Source of the DNA: Mytilus trossulus
Taxonomy: Eukaryota
Reading direction: 5' to 3'
Length of the DNA: 64,000 nt
NCBI RefSeq assembly: GCF_036588685.1
Contig: NC_086381.1
Span: 53,320,001 to 53,384,000 of the forward strand
Under the pieces are notes generated by a model. The model was not told where the DNA came from. It saw only the letters and a list, made by a program, of their open reading frames with translations, and made no database searches. Below, one piece after another: positions 1-12,338 of the stretch. The position numbers and the translations under genes were made by a program. Position 1 is the first letter of the stretch. Each line of letters begins with the position of its first letter.

Positions 1-150
1 CTGAATATCAAGGAAATCCTGCATAGAATACACATCTGAATTTTCCACAAAGTGTTGTCTACCCTTTAACATCAACAGAAATTTCTCACTCATTGCATTC
101 TTACAAAGCAATAGATATTTTTTCATTATCAGTAGTTCTTCTCGTAATTT
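1..150 (-). CDS. DEF8: DEF8 exon (KLREELLIMKKYLLLC...RQHFVENSDVYSMQDFLDIQ); gene runs off the window
   Basis: AG acceptor at 151-152; RQHFVEN..YS.QD motif of DEF8. Confidence 0.92.
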
Positions 151-420
151 CTGAAAGTAAGAAAAAATCAATCAGTTACATGTATTATTATAACTGAAGT
201 TTAACAGTATATTTTGTCAGAAAAAAATATGAGGGCTGGAATACAACAAACTAAGATTAAACAAGATTTTATAAAATATCTAAGCTCATTCATCACAGAA
301 ATTTCATAAGGGACTTTCTTGATCAAGGAGTGTGAAAGTATAACATTTTACACCAGAGATAGAAAATATAATATATGCATCTCACTAAACAAGTGTTTTA
401 AATATATCATATGAAAAATT

Positions 421-1085
421 TGTAAGGGTTCCGCGGAACCCAGTGTCTCGCCTACTTTTGCTGTAAATCGCGGGCTCAAAAAAAAATCAATAAAATTTTC
501 CTCTTAATACCATCTTATGATTGTAAGAAGCTTCTGTCTAGGTTTAGTAAAAATCTAGGATAGTTAATAAATCTAATGAATGTTTTGAAAACTTTAACTG
601 CAAACTGTATGTAATGTTAACTTTAAAGAAAATCTAAGTCCATTTAAAAATAAAATACAGAAAAAATAGAGTTATCTTTTTACAAAATTTACTTCCATAT
701 ACTATTTTATGATCATAAATAAGCTTCTGTCCAAGTTTGGTACACACCCAGGATAGTTTAAGAAAGTTATTAAAATTTTAAAAACTTTAACCACAGAGTG
801 AATGTAATGTTTCCCCGCAGAAAAACTAAGTCCATTTAAAAGTAAAATACGGAAAAAATGGATTTATATTTTTACAAAATTTACTTCTGGATACTATCTT
901 ATGATCATAAACAAGCTTCTGTCCAAGTTTGGTAGAAATCCGGTATAGTTTTAAGAAAGTTATTAAAATTTCAAAAACTTTAACCACAGAGTGAATATTT
1001 GTTGACGCCGCCGACGACACCGCCCACGACGGAATGTAGGATCGCTTAGTCTCGCTTTTTCGACTAAAGTCGAAGGCTCGACAAA
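421..1085 (-). mobile_element. Helentron/HINE-like non-autonomous element with internal ~190-bp tandem repeats
   Basis: Terminal perfect palindrome GGGTTCCGCGGAACCC (426-441), other end TTCGACTAAAGTCGAA hairpin, GC-rich microsatellite; second copy at 61455-62512. Confidence 0.65.
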
Positions 1086-1484
1086 AAGAAGATGTGGTAT
1101 GATTTCAAATGAGGCAACTATCCACAAAAGACCAAAATGACACAAACACTAACAACTATAGGTCACCGTACAGCCTTCAACAATGAGCAAAGCCCATACC
1201 GCAAAGTCGGCTTTAAAAGGCAGGCTAAATATCAGATTCATTTCTGAAAAGTACCAGGTTCTACAGTACTTTGTTTTTATTTTTTTATTTTTTTTTTTTA
1301 ATTGTGCAGTTTTAAAAGGATGTTGAGTTTAATTATCAAGTTCTTTGTTTTAGGTATCATTACTTATATCAACTGCAATATTACTTTTCATTGTAGAATC
1401 TAAAGCTATATAGAGGCAGATGTTTGTCCTTGCAAGTACCACAGGTACTTTAATATTCAGAAAACAAAAAACCCTCCCTTCACA

Positions 1485-1928
1485 AGGGGTACAATCAAAA
1501 TCAAGTGATTGATATACACACCGGAAGTTACAGTCGAACTCATTGCTTGAAAGGTTAGTAGTTGAATTTTCTTGTTTATATCAATTAAATTTTGATAAAT
1601 AAGTTGGCACACCGAATGTCGTATAGTATGTAGTTTTAAAATACACAATTGTTTTTGCTAGAAAGCATGCAGTTATTGCAAACACTTCAACACAGTTATC
1701 TGATGAAATTTTGGAACTGTGCCGAAGTGTTAGCATTAACTGCATGCTTTCTAGCAAGGATAATTGTGTATTTCAAAACTAGATAGTATCCGACATTCAG
1801 TGCACTACCTTATTTATTAAATTTTATTGATATAAACAAGTAAATACGACTACTCAACTTTCAAGCGGTCTGCTCGACTGTTACTTCCGGTGTGTGTATA
1901 TCCATCATGTGATTTTGATTGTACCCTT
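1485..1928. mobile_element. Foldback MITE (long inverted arms), possibly Mutator-like
   Basis: GGGTACAATCAAAATCA...TGATTTTGATTGTACCC arms extending ~190 bp; flanks CCCTTCACA / TGCTTCACA resemble a 9-bp TSD. Confidence 0.7.
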
Positions 1929-2387
1929 TGCTTCACAGGGGAGATGTCATATGTGTTTGATCTGGCATAAATACTTGGTGCAATAATCTTAAAGTTAGAT
2001 TGTAAAACAAAGAAACAATTGTTATTTTATCATGAAAACCATACAAACACATTAGAAATCAATATCAACTTTTCCTTGGATATATATTGCAAAATTTCAA
2101 TATGTAATAACCTACATACTTATATCATTACATTAAATGCATATAGCTTCTTATATTATGTCACTTATTGTGGATTCATTTATTTTCGTTTGTACTAATT
2201 TTATGGATTGAAGAAAACTCACATGTTTGTAGATATTTTATTTCATGGTTTTGCCCAAGTTTGCTAACATGCCTATAGAAAATTTGTCATTCTTTAAACA
2301 TTTAATTTTGTACCCACAAAACCCATGAAAATTTGTATCCAACGAATAATAATGAATCCACAGTAAACATACAACCCATTTCCCTAC

Positions 2388-2501
2388 CTTAACCTCACTC
2401 AATTCTTCCACATAGTTAAACAACATTGGATTGACATCTTGGATTCTCATCACAGCTTTGTCTGTCATCAACTTAAGGAACTGTTTAGAAGCCCTACAAA
2501 C
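2388..2501 (-). CDS. DEF8: DEF8 exon (VCRASKQFLKLM...NPMLFNYVEELSEVK)
   Basis: 114 nt, AG/GT bounded, continues the Rubicon-homology domain. Confidence 0.92.
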
Positions 2502-2974
2502 CTGTATTATATATAACAATATTCATACCTCTGTATTTATTCATAAAAACATCTAATAAAATTAAAACATTTTATCTTAAAAAACTGAGAACTAGCAATC
2601 CTTGAGAAAATGTTTGAACAAATAAAACCAAATAAAAGTACTTTGCTTAAAAAAAAAAGAAAAAAAAAAAAAAAGAATGCAGTTGCAGTCTTGATAATAT
2701 AGTCAAATTGTCATATATAAATTCTACCACTGCATCGAGTGTAATACAATATTTATTCGTTGGAGATAGTAATTTTTTTGAAATCTAAAACAGGAGGTTT
2801 GCATATGTTTTTTACAACCTCAGTATAACACTTTATACTTTCATGTGTTTTAAATCAACGGTGGAATCTGATTGTTCAATTCCTGTTTGTGATATAATGC
2901 TGGTAAGAAAGTATAAATAAATCTTTATTATTGAAATATGAAGCTGGAGCTTACACTTATTCTATAATTTATTA

Positions 2975-3145
<171 letters not shown>

Positions 3146-3887
3146 TCATTCCATTGCAGCTAATATTGTACTTATGATTAAACATAAATTAAACATAATT
3201 TTTTAATAACTAAAAAGAATAAATATATTTTGGCAAGCGCATAAGTACAAAACTTTTCAAAGGAATTTGTAAGTTCTAAGTAACCATCTAGAAAGTATAA
3301 AGAGACAAAATACACATTTTTTTTATAAACTCGGAATTTATTTCTTGGTTGGTATAACTAATAGGGATAAATCTATTTTCAATATTTACGACCAAAGCCA
3401 TGCAACAGCAGATATCATTTATCTAATACAATTATCATGAATTATGAGCTATTCTGTAGTTCATTGCAAAAACTATAATAAAGAATAATTACATTAGATG
3501 TAAGTTTCATTATAATACGTTATTCTGATTGGTTAACTAGCAATCTCATGATATTCCTTAATCAATTGCATTACACAATGCAACTTTTCATTCATGATGA
3601 CATGAGGTCCCACAATAAAGTGCACAGGTAAATGAAATAAAAACTTGATAAAAGGCGTGTTTTCATGATCCTATAGGTAAAAATGTAATTATAAGTATTG
3701 AATGCTTTTTTTGTAACTTTATAGGGTTGTAAAAGCGTTGACTGTGTGTACATTTTTAGTATGAAGCACTTCCGCGCTTCATACAAAATGTACTTTGGTC
3801 AACGCTTTTACACCCAAATAAATTTACAAAAAAGAGCATTCAATTCTTAAATATAAATAGACAAAAGATATCTACAGAATTTTGAGA

Positions 3888-3990
3888 GACTATCATACAA
3901 GTGAGAGGTTTAGCTGGCTATAAAACCAGGTCCAATCCACCATTTTCTACATCAGAAAATACCTTTACCAAGTCAGGAGTATGACAGTTG
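3888..3990 (+). ncRNA. Degenerate twister-like motif in repeat family C
   Basis: GTGA-GA-GGTT...TCCAC-CATTTTC..GAAAAT..TACCAAGTCAGG, closed by ACTATCATAC/GTATGACAGT; P4 mutated. Confidence 0.45.
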
Positions 3991-4146
3991 TTATCCATTC
4001 GTTTGATGTGTTTGAGGTTTTGATTTTGCCATTTGTTTAAGGACTTTCTGTTTTGAATTTCCTGAAGTGTTTTTTATTTTTGTTATTTCCTCAGAGTTCG
4101 GTATTTAAGTTACCAGTCTTTGACTTATTTCTTAACTTCCACTTAC

Positions 4147-4246
4147 TAAATGAAATGTGACTTCTACATTCAGCACACCTGTAGTTCTGAGCTGACAAAC
4201 CTCTATCTGGGCATATTGACAAGCAAAAGATACCATTTTCTGCAAC
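4147..4246 (-). CDS. DEF8: DEF8 exon (ICPDRGLSAQNYRCAECRSHISF)
   Basis: Start of Rubicon-homology (DUF4206) region; gtaagt donor at 4141-4146. Confidence 0.92.
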
Positions 4247-4445
4247 CTGAAGTAAAAACAAAAGAAATACTACCCTCTCCTAAAAATACATTCACATATG
4301 TGTATCATGTGATAATTTCTGACAATACTTACTGTTAAAAGAACTTTGTGAGTAATGCTTGTGATTAAATTTGTTTCAATCAGCAATCCTGGAGTTAATC
4401 TGCTTCTCTCCTTCTATCCATGATTCAGCCGAGTTGTGACCAATG

Positions 4446-5033
4446 AAAGGAGTAGGTTCAGTAAGACCACTTTTTGGCCCCAAAATATAGCAGTTTTACA
4501 AAATTGTGAAAATATAATCTTTTAGCTATTTATAAGAAAGTGGAATGTTTCTGCTACACAAATATGGGCTGTTTATGACAATACAATGCACCTATATCGG
4601 GTACTAACATCATTAAGTCATGCTAAATTACTGAAATCTTCAAAATTTCAGCATTTTTGTTAAATTTTAGACGATTTCCGTCTTAAATGAAATTGGACGC
4701 ATTCGTGTTTATTCATAATATTGAAATGTAAGTTGTATTTGATGATAATACATAACATATATAAAGGTTGAGGATGAACACGGATGCTGCCACTTTCATT
4801 TTTGACAAAAACCATCTGAAAAATGACAATGTTTGCATATTTGATAGATTTTTCATATTTAAGCTTGATTCGGAGTGTTTTTTTTAAAATGAATTAACCA
4901 GTTAAAATCTTTTACATAAACTAATTGAATCAATTGAAATAGACACTCAAGTGTTTAAAAAGTGTCCAAAATATTTCGTTAGATGAACCTGAAATTTGGG
5001 GCCAAAATTGGCCCTTACTGGACCTACTCCTTT
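4446..5033. mobile_element. MITE with ~38-bp TIRs (AGGAGTAGGT(T/C)CAGTAAG...)
   Basis: Matching inverted termini; no ORF; TSD unclear. Confidence 0.75.
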
Positions 5034-5370
5034 GCATATATATATGCTCATGAAATAAGTTTAGTTTTCCCAATATCTGGCATATCTCAGTGTGACATTA
5101 AAAGCATGCAAATTTTTTTATGAAGTATAGCAAACATTTGCATTTTCACTATTATAATTTGTTTATAAAATATGAAAGGTATAAATAGTGATACATGTAT
5201 ATATATGTTATATTTGGAGAAACAAGTTGGTCTCAAAACAAATTTCTTTTCAAAATAATAATAAAATGTGAAGTTTGATACAAAAATTCTTTTTTAAATA
5301 GTGTTTAAGGATTTCTAATCAAATGGGAGAAAATTCATGTAGAAATTGGACATGAAATAAAATCACCTAC

Positions 5371-5435
5371 CTTTAAACTTGCACAAGTTCTTTTGATGCC
5401 ATTGACACATTTCTCGTGGCAGCTGTAACCACAAT
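5371..5435 (-). CDS. DEF8: DEF8 exon, C1 domain second half (DCGYSCHEKCVNGIKRTCASLK)
   Basis: Manual translation; phases match flanking exons. Confidence 0.9.
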
Positions 5436-5802
5436 CTGGAATAAACAGATATATTACTGATACTTTTTTTGTACTTTCATTTATTGATGATCATATAATA
5501 GTGTTTTTATACTAAATTTTGTTGATTTATTTATGCATAATACTGATTATAACAAATAGTACATCTCTTAGTTTTTATGCTAGCAGTTTTATTAAAGATT
5601 TGTAGTAGAAACTACTATGCTGGATACTTGAATGGCTTCTTGGATGTTAATAGGAAAATCAAGGTTCCAAGAAACTTTCCTTAGAAAACTATTTTAGTAA
5701 CAAAATATGAAAGCTTTTAAAAAGAATTTTTTTTTTGTATATTTCTGTATTGATCTGAGTCAAATGACTATCATTTACAGTATGAATGAAAGATAATTAT
5801 AC

Positions 5803-5947
5803 CTGCACATCTAAGCCAGGTCTGAATTACACCTAGGATCATTGCATTACATTTCTCACAATAATGTTTGGCATTACGACTTTCTTGGATTGTAAACTTG
5901 TGTCCAAGAACTATCTTAATGTCAGAGGATACTGGTTCTGGTCCTTC
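5803..5947 (-). CDS. DEF8: DEF8 exon, C1 (phorbol ester/DAG-type zinc finger) first half
   Basis: GHKF...YCEKC...WLRC; AG/GT bounded, 145 nt. Confidence 0.9.
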
Positions 5948-6275
5948 CTGAAAGGTACAAAGGTTCATAAGAGAAGCTCTGTCATTGGTAGATAGATTAT
6001 TGGTATAATGTATCCTAAAATAAGCTCTTTAAAGTAAAAGTATCATAAGAGAAGCTCTGTCATAATCATTGGTAAATTACTGATGTTTTTAATTATTTAG
6101 CTCTGAAAGTATATGATGTATCATAAAGAAGCTCTTTAAAAGAAGATCCATTTCCGTTGATCAACAGATTTAAATTGGTAAAAACACTATTTTAATTACA
6201 TTTTGCAGATATTATTTAACCTGATTTATTAGTATGTTAATTGAATTACTGAATTTGTCCATTCGAAGTTTTCTG

Positions 6276-6742
6276 TACAATCCAGACTACCGTAAGTTCC
6301 TGTAACTTCAGTCGAAGCTGAACTAATTTCTGAACCAGATTTTTCATTCTGTCAGAGAGAGGCTGTGTTTCACTGATCATTTCTTTACCTATATACAATC
6401 CAGCCTACTTTAAGTTCCTGTAACTTCAGTCTTAGCTGAATTAATTTCTGAACCAAATTTTTCATCCTGTCAGAGTGAGGCTGTGTTTCACTGATCATTT
6501 CTTTACCTATGTACAATCCAGCCTACTTTAAGTTCCTGTAACTTCAGTCGTAGCTGAATCAATTTCTGAACCAGATTTTTCATTCTGTGAGAGTGAGGCT
6601 GTGTTTCACTGATCATTTCTTGACCTATATACAATCCAGCCTACCTTAAGCTCCTGTAACTTCAGTCGTAGCTGAATCAATTTCTGAACCAGATTTTTCA
6701 TTCTGTCAGAGTGAGGCTGTGCTTCACTGATCATTTCTTTAC
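6276..6742. repeat. Four 118-bp tandem copies of the 3' part of a DEF8 exon plus its splice donor
   Basis: TACAATCCAG anchors at 6276, 6394, 6512 and 6630. Confidence 0.92.
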
Positions 6743-6794
6743 AGTTTTCTATAGCCATCTCTAATTCTTCATGATTACTTAATCCAAAATGTCC
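6645..6794 (-). CDS. DEF8: DEF8 exon (GHFGLSNHEELEMAIENCKEMI...LIQLRLKLQELK, coiled coil)
   Basis: 150 nt, AG/GT bounded, open frame, DEF8-like LRLKLQELK. Confidence 0.88.
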
Positions 6795-7351
6795 CTGTAA
6801 AAGACAAATTTACATTGGATTCCTTGTACATGTATCTGTATAATGCTTTGCCTGAGTCTTTGTCTGTCTTTTTTTTTTTATTGTTTATAGAGATTATCTT
6901 TTATCTTTATATTATAAGATTATAAGAGTTTTTTAGACAATTTATACTATATACATGTTTGTATTGTAGTGAACTGGTAGTATGTTTTCATTTTGCTTTG
7001 TTTTTGTCTTTTGTCATGTTTGTTTGTCTCTTGCTATGTTTTTTTTTATTATTCCCATTATCTTTTTTCTCTCTATCTTATACAAGTTGATTAGACAATT
7101 TATACTATATGTAATGTAATGTAGTATGCTCTCATTTTGAAGGGCACTCCCCCAAATAAAATCTGTTTAATGCTCAATGGTCTCCATTACCTATCAAACC
7201 ATTCAATATGATAATGCACTATTTACATGTAGCAGCGGTATTAATTCTATCTAATTTGCATCTATCCACTTATAAAGATAGACATTTTAGTAACTGTCTG
7301 TAAATATTTTTTAAACATCAAAACCAATGTGCTTCGTAGTTATATATATAC

Positions 7352-7449
7352 CTCAGGATGTGAGAAATGATCTTCGGCCAGTCCAAGTTCAGCATTTATA
7401 GTGATTTCATCCCCTGTCTCTGATAAATTGGTCCATGATGAAAAAGATC
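7352..7449 (-). CDS. DEF8: DEF8 exon (...ELGLAEDHFSHPE)
   Basis: AG/GT boundaries and phase consistent; LGLAEDHFS resembles the DEF8 N-terminal motif. Confidence 0.85.
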
Positions 7450-7804
7450 CTGTTGTGCAAAAATTACAATACTATAATTAACTAATTCAAGGAAACTGTT
7501 TGAATAATATGTTGAGTATTTTCATTAATATCATTTCTAACTGTATCATACACCAAATTTGTAGAAAAGCATGTTTGTACTGATGTCAAGAGCTGTTTAT
7601 GTATATTTCACATCAAAGAACTGAATGAGATTTTTTTCAATGGATTTTGTTCTACATGTATAATTATAAAGCAAAACTCCATGAATAAAACCAGTAATAA
7701 ATGGCAACAGGGGAAATTAGACATAAAATTTTTACCACACTTCTGTGGATTCCTTTATTTTAGTATTACAGTGAAACAATTTGTATTATTGAGGAACAAA
7801 TTAC

Positions 7805-8288
7805 CTGAACGAGGCCTTGAATTATTGATTTCAAAATGATCTTCTTCCATGTGCAAGTCTCTATCAAAAGGATTAAATCTACTTTGACTAAAGTTACTGG
7901 GTGATTCCCCTTTATCAGTTTTTATTGTCTTTTCAATACTGTCCTCTTTACTTGCGTCACTGAGACCTCGCTTTTTTAAGTCAATTTCTAACTTCACAAT
8001 ATCATCATCATGTTCAGGAACAAATTTCTCATTAATTTTCTTCAATGTTTCTTCATCTACAGGTCCTATTTCTCTAAAGGAGTAGTCTTGTTCTTCTTCA
8101 GAGGAAATTTCTTCGTCTGAGAGACCAGTAATCACAGTACCAGTAAATTTAATGGAAGCTGTATTATTTTCAATACGGTGAATGACACCTGCGGAACCAG
8201 TGTTATCTATGGTAGTTTCTTTTGATGCTCCAGGTAGGTCTGATAACGTTCTTACTTTGGCCGAAAATTGTTCCCCTGAAACATTCAT
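7805..8288 (-). CDS. DEF8: DEF8 homolog, first recognisable coding exon (acidic low-complexity N-terminus)
   Basis: cag|ATG at 8288, GT donor at 7803-7804; 484 nt, phase 1 matches the next exon. An upstream exon may exist. Confidence 0.75.
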
Positions 8289-9388
8289 CTGTAGACCTAT
8301 AATATGTATTTAATACTTTTTAATATATTTGAAGTAGTTAATTGAAAAATAAATCCATAAGTTTCAACACAGTATAGCAATTGGAATGCTTAAATAAAAT
8401 GTATTTCAATAGAGTATTTTACAATGTTTAATAATCCATTTCCATCTAGACAGTTCAAAAGAGGGTCTTGTAAGGATATATAATAAATTAGAACGATTAT
8501 AGATTATATAAGGCGTCTTGAAAATCATTAAATCAACATCACTCTTTAAATACTGGCTTAAATTGTAACTGAGTTTTCCCCTAATATTTTCAAATAGCAC
8601 AATAAAATATGAAAGTCCTCTAGAATCCAAGCACTACATTTTGAATAATGTTTTAATATAAACTCTTTTCCGATAGCACCTTGATATCAATGATAAACAA
8701 AAGGAGTAATAAGAAAAAGGAGCTTATTCTGTAAAATGTGGTAGTAAGTACAAATGCATATGATAAAGGGACATAATTCATTTCAAAAGTGTACAAATGC
8801 AGGTCCAGAGTTTTGAAAAGGAGGCCTATACTAGTCAACCACTCTCGAAAGGGTGCACTCGATTTAAATCTTAATGGACTACAATTGTCAGTTTTCCTAT
8901 CGAAGGTTGGTGGTTTTCTTTTATAGCATACTAAAACACTTATCCAAATTATCATAAGTATTAAATAAACAATTAACAATACATATAATAGATAAAATAT
9001 AACAGAAATTTGTGTGTATTAATTTTTAGTCAAGAGGCCATCTAGCATGTCTAGTTAACAAATGAGATGACTGACAGTTACATTTTGTTCATAACATGAT
9101 CTAAATATAAACGTAAATATAAATAGATAAGGACCTTCTGCAAATGGATTTTTTCGATTTAACCTGTATAAGAATGATATTTTTGTGGATCGAGTCAGTC
9201 AATCAAATGATTTACATTTGTTTCTCTTTCAATGTTGACTTGCAAGTTAATATATAATTCATCATCAACCTTTCTTAGCTTATTTTTACAAAAATAAACC
9301 ATACTGGCTGCTATGACACTTTCATTAATGATTTAACAAAACAAATACAATTTAAACTTTATTTATCTTTTAGCTTGTGCCCCTTTAA

Positions 9389-9686
9389 CCCTTTCCTCCA
9401 TAATGACACCTTTTGACGCCACCCCCTTACTCCATAATGACGCCTTTTGACACCTGTGTAGTACCTCAGTTGAAACACTTTTGACTACAAAGTGTCTGCA
9501 GTTGACTTAATAAAATATGTATCCAATATGAAAAGAAATATCATAGGAATATCTGACTTAAATTTATTTGATGAAATAGTTGTTTTTCGCAATGCCTTAA
9601 TACTTTAAAGCATATGTTCAGCATTTTATTAAAAAAATCCTATGCGAATCAAGTATGCAAAAAAAAAAATTCAATGGAGGAAAGGG
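9389..9686. mobile_element. piggyBac-like MITE
   Basis: TIR CCCTTTCCTCCAT / ATGGAGGAAAGGG flanked by TTAA on both sides (9385-9388, 9687-9690). Confidence 0.85.
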
Positions 9687-11019
9687 TTAAAGAAATCCAA
9701 TTATATTGTTCAGATTCTTAATTTTTATACCCTGGTGAATAGAAACAAACCTCAAATTACTGTAACCAATGAAATTGAATTCAAACTGCTCTGCAAATAA
9801 AAAATAAGATAAAATGAAACATAAAATCTACCTCGTTCATGATGAAGTCACAATATTTTGTAGTCCTGAAATGTAATGGAACTGATAACCTAGTGATAGC
9901 AGAAAGCTTTATACAAGTTAACATGAAACATCGTAAATATTCAGCGAAATTGTAGACTGACTTCAACACATTCAATTATATACACACAAAGCAACACTAT
10001 ACTAAAAAATAAAATCAGGGCGAACAGACTCGGGGCAAACAGGTATTAGGGTGAACCAGAATCAGGGGGGACGAACCCGGATTCAATTCATACAGTACAT
10101 TGATCATGATCATCAATTATGAGATGACAATAAGATGAGTTAATCACTTGGGCATTTAAGAAAAAAAAATTCAATGGGAGTGAATATAATTCAGTTATGG
10201 TCAGTTACACCTGAAGCATGCAGCTTAATCAATTGATTCATAAACAAAAGATTTGTATGTTTTTGAGTTCTAGAAAAAACAAGGTTTCATTTTTTTTCAT
10301 GTTTTGTTGTTCCTGAAATATTTTAAATATACATTTGTTATCAAGTTTGAACATGTGCTTTAAAGATTTCATTACATTAATTGAAATAGAAAAGAGAAGT
10401 CCCTGTAAACTGGGGTGTCCTCTGAAAACAGAAATAACCCCACTTTTTCTGACTTGAGCCAAACCTGTCTGTCAAAAACTTTTATTAGCAATCACTATTT
10501 TATGATGAACATTCTTATAACATGCATAATTTGATAATCTTTTCAATTATTAACCAATTTCATATATTATAGTAAAAGTAGGTGTCACTTTAAGGAAATA
10601 TAAAACGGAAGAAAATGAGAGAAAAATACAGATGTATATCCTCATAACCATAACAAAACAGAAAATGAAACGGAACCTTAAAATGTTATCCTGAATTTGG
10701 AAAGTCAAACTTGTTATTCACAGCAAGAAAAGTTTTACAAATCGCATGTTCACTTTCAACTCTTGCTAATACTGTAACAATTATTCTCGTTCAGTTTTCT
10801 CACATGATCAAAGATCATAAATTTGTTTTTGTTTTCTAAAACATCCCTTTCGGACTTCTCTTATCTAAATAATGAAGACCGAGGTGTTCCTAATTTTCGT
10901 ACCAAAAAATATTTTTAAAAATAATAGAAACGAACGACCCCTTTATAGGTATTTTATTTTATAGTTTCTCACTCGTTTGTTTCCATTAGAAATAACTCAT
11001 TTAATTAAAACTGAAAACA

Positions 11020-11130
11020 AACTGATTTTCATAGTTCGTTTTTATGTTGTACTGTTGTACCACTGTCCCAGGTTAGGGGGAGGGTTGGGATCCCGCTTAC
11101 CGTGTTTAACCCCGCCACATTATTTATGTA
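11020..11130 (+). repeat. 5' part of dispersed repeat family B (host of both LINE insertions)
   Basis: Colinear with the uninterrupted copy at ~39425-39800; continues at 19559-19567 and 25831-26066. Confidence 0.85.
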
Positions 11131-11158
11131 CTTCCAGTGAGTAGGAAGTTCACGAGAT

Positions 11159-11168
11159 AACATGGCGG
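11159..11168 (+). promoter_or_regulatory. YY1-type motif AACATGGCGG near the LINE-A 5' end (candidate internal Pol II promoter)
   Basis: Matches AANATGGCGG ~30 bp inside the element, after an ACTTCC/GGAAGT hairpin. Confidence 0.4.
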
Positions 11169-11561
11169 ACTGATTTTCACTGCACAGAAAGAAGACAATA
11201 TTATTGAGTTTCCTAAGTGTTGCACTCCACTTAAATCAAAAACAATTGTCTATATTGAGCACGATAGTAACGTTCACGTTTGAACTTAAATTTAATTTAT
11301 TTAAATCGATTTTTAGAAACAATATTGACATTTTCTGATCGATTGAATTTCCCGCCTTATTACGCGGGTCATTTGAGTTCACTTTTCAAGTCTTCCGTCC
11401 ATTGCTAGCTCATTTTTATTATTTTATATTTGCAATTCGTATTTAAATGTTATTTAACTAAAAAACTAAACCCTGCCAAGGCCCAAATTTTCTTGGAATC
11501 TTGTAGCCGGCTGTTCCTGATAGTACCACCCCCCCTCTTTTGTCAACAATATCGAATCTAT

Positions 11562-12317
11562 ATGTCCGAGACAAAGCTAACAAAATATCTCAGAACACAT
11601 AACTTTGTGCCTCCAACAGGACAAACAAGACGGCGCCCTGTCATTTTATCTGACAGCAAAGGATTTTCATTACGAAACAATATCATAAGTCCATTTGACC
11701 AAAATATTATATGGTGGTGCAAGCAAGGTGTGACAATTGAGCAAAGTTTTGCCTGGCTCAAAAGAAATCTTCCCACTAAATTATATGAAATTGGAGACAT
11801 TGCTCTATATGTCTGGCTTGGTACATGTAATCTGACAACCAAAGAAAAATCCTCAAAATACATATCTATTACAACTGATAATTCTGATACTGTTGACAAA
11901 GTTATCTCCTGTATTGATGACATCAAGAACTATATACAAGATTTTCCACAAGTCAAACTTATTTTCCTTGAAGTACCAGTATACTCAATAAAAGCTTACA
12001 ATCAACATCAAAAACACTCCGACCCGAAAACTTTCAAGCAACAAGACGAAACACTTGCAAATCAAGTCTGGCAAGTAAATGAGAAAATAAGAGCTACAAA
12101 CCAAATCTTAAATACACGCTCACCTAATTTTTCACTTTTCCTACAAGCCCGCAAACAACACCGTACACGGTCAAGAGTCGAAGCCTGGGAATACTTCAAT
12201 TACAACCTGTACAGGGACGGGATCCATCCTGGCCAGAATCTAGCAAAAGTTTGGTTACGTGAAATAGCAGAAAGAATAAAAATTGATTGCTGGAGCAAAT
12301 CTGAAGTTAAATCCTAA
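11562..12317 (+). CDS. LINE-A ORF0: SGNH/GDSL-type esterase (~251 aa; first ATG at 11562, frame open from 11430)
   Basis: Block I ILSDS, block II KQG, block III WLGTCN, block V DGIHP. Confidence 0.8.
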   Translation: MSETKLTKYLRTHNFVPPTGQTRRRPVILSDSKGFSLRNNIISPFDQNIIWWCKQGVTIEQSFAWLKRNLPTKLYEIGDIALYVWLGTCNLTTKEKSSKYISITTDNSDTVDKVISCIDDIKNYIQDFPQVKLIFLEVPVYSIKAYNQHQKHSDPKTFKQQDETLANQVWQVNEKIRATNQILNTRSPNFSLFLQARKQHRTRSRVEAWEYFNYNLYRDGIHPGQNLAKVWLREIAERIKIDCWSKSEVKS

Positions 12318-12338
12318 ATTCTTATACTTATATTTAAC

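Noticed and set aside
826-1145. 60-100 aa ORFs in HINE, SINE and retrozyme repeats (also 26773-27040, 41906-42145, 61358-61746)
   Set aside because: Lie within non-coding repeats and are not conserved as ORFs between copies
7755-7804. C-terminus of the 177-aa ORF as a stand-alone gene
   Set aside because: Intron read-through past the donor at 7803-7804
11121-11140. Target-site duplications for LINE-A and LINE-B
   Set aside because: At most 1-2 nt of ambiguous overlap; not supportable
11430-11561. TTG-initiated extension of ORF0
   Set aside because: No AUG; ATG 11562 gives a complete SGNH domain
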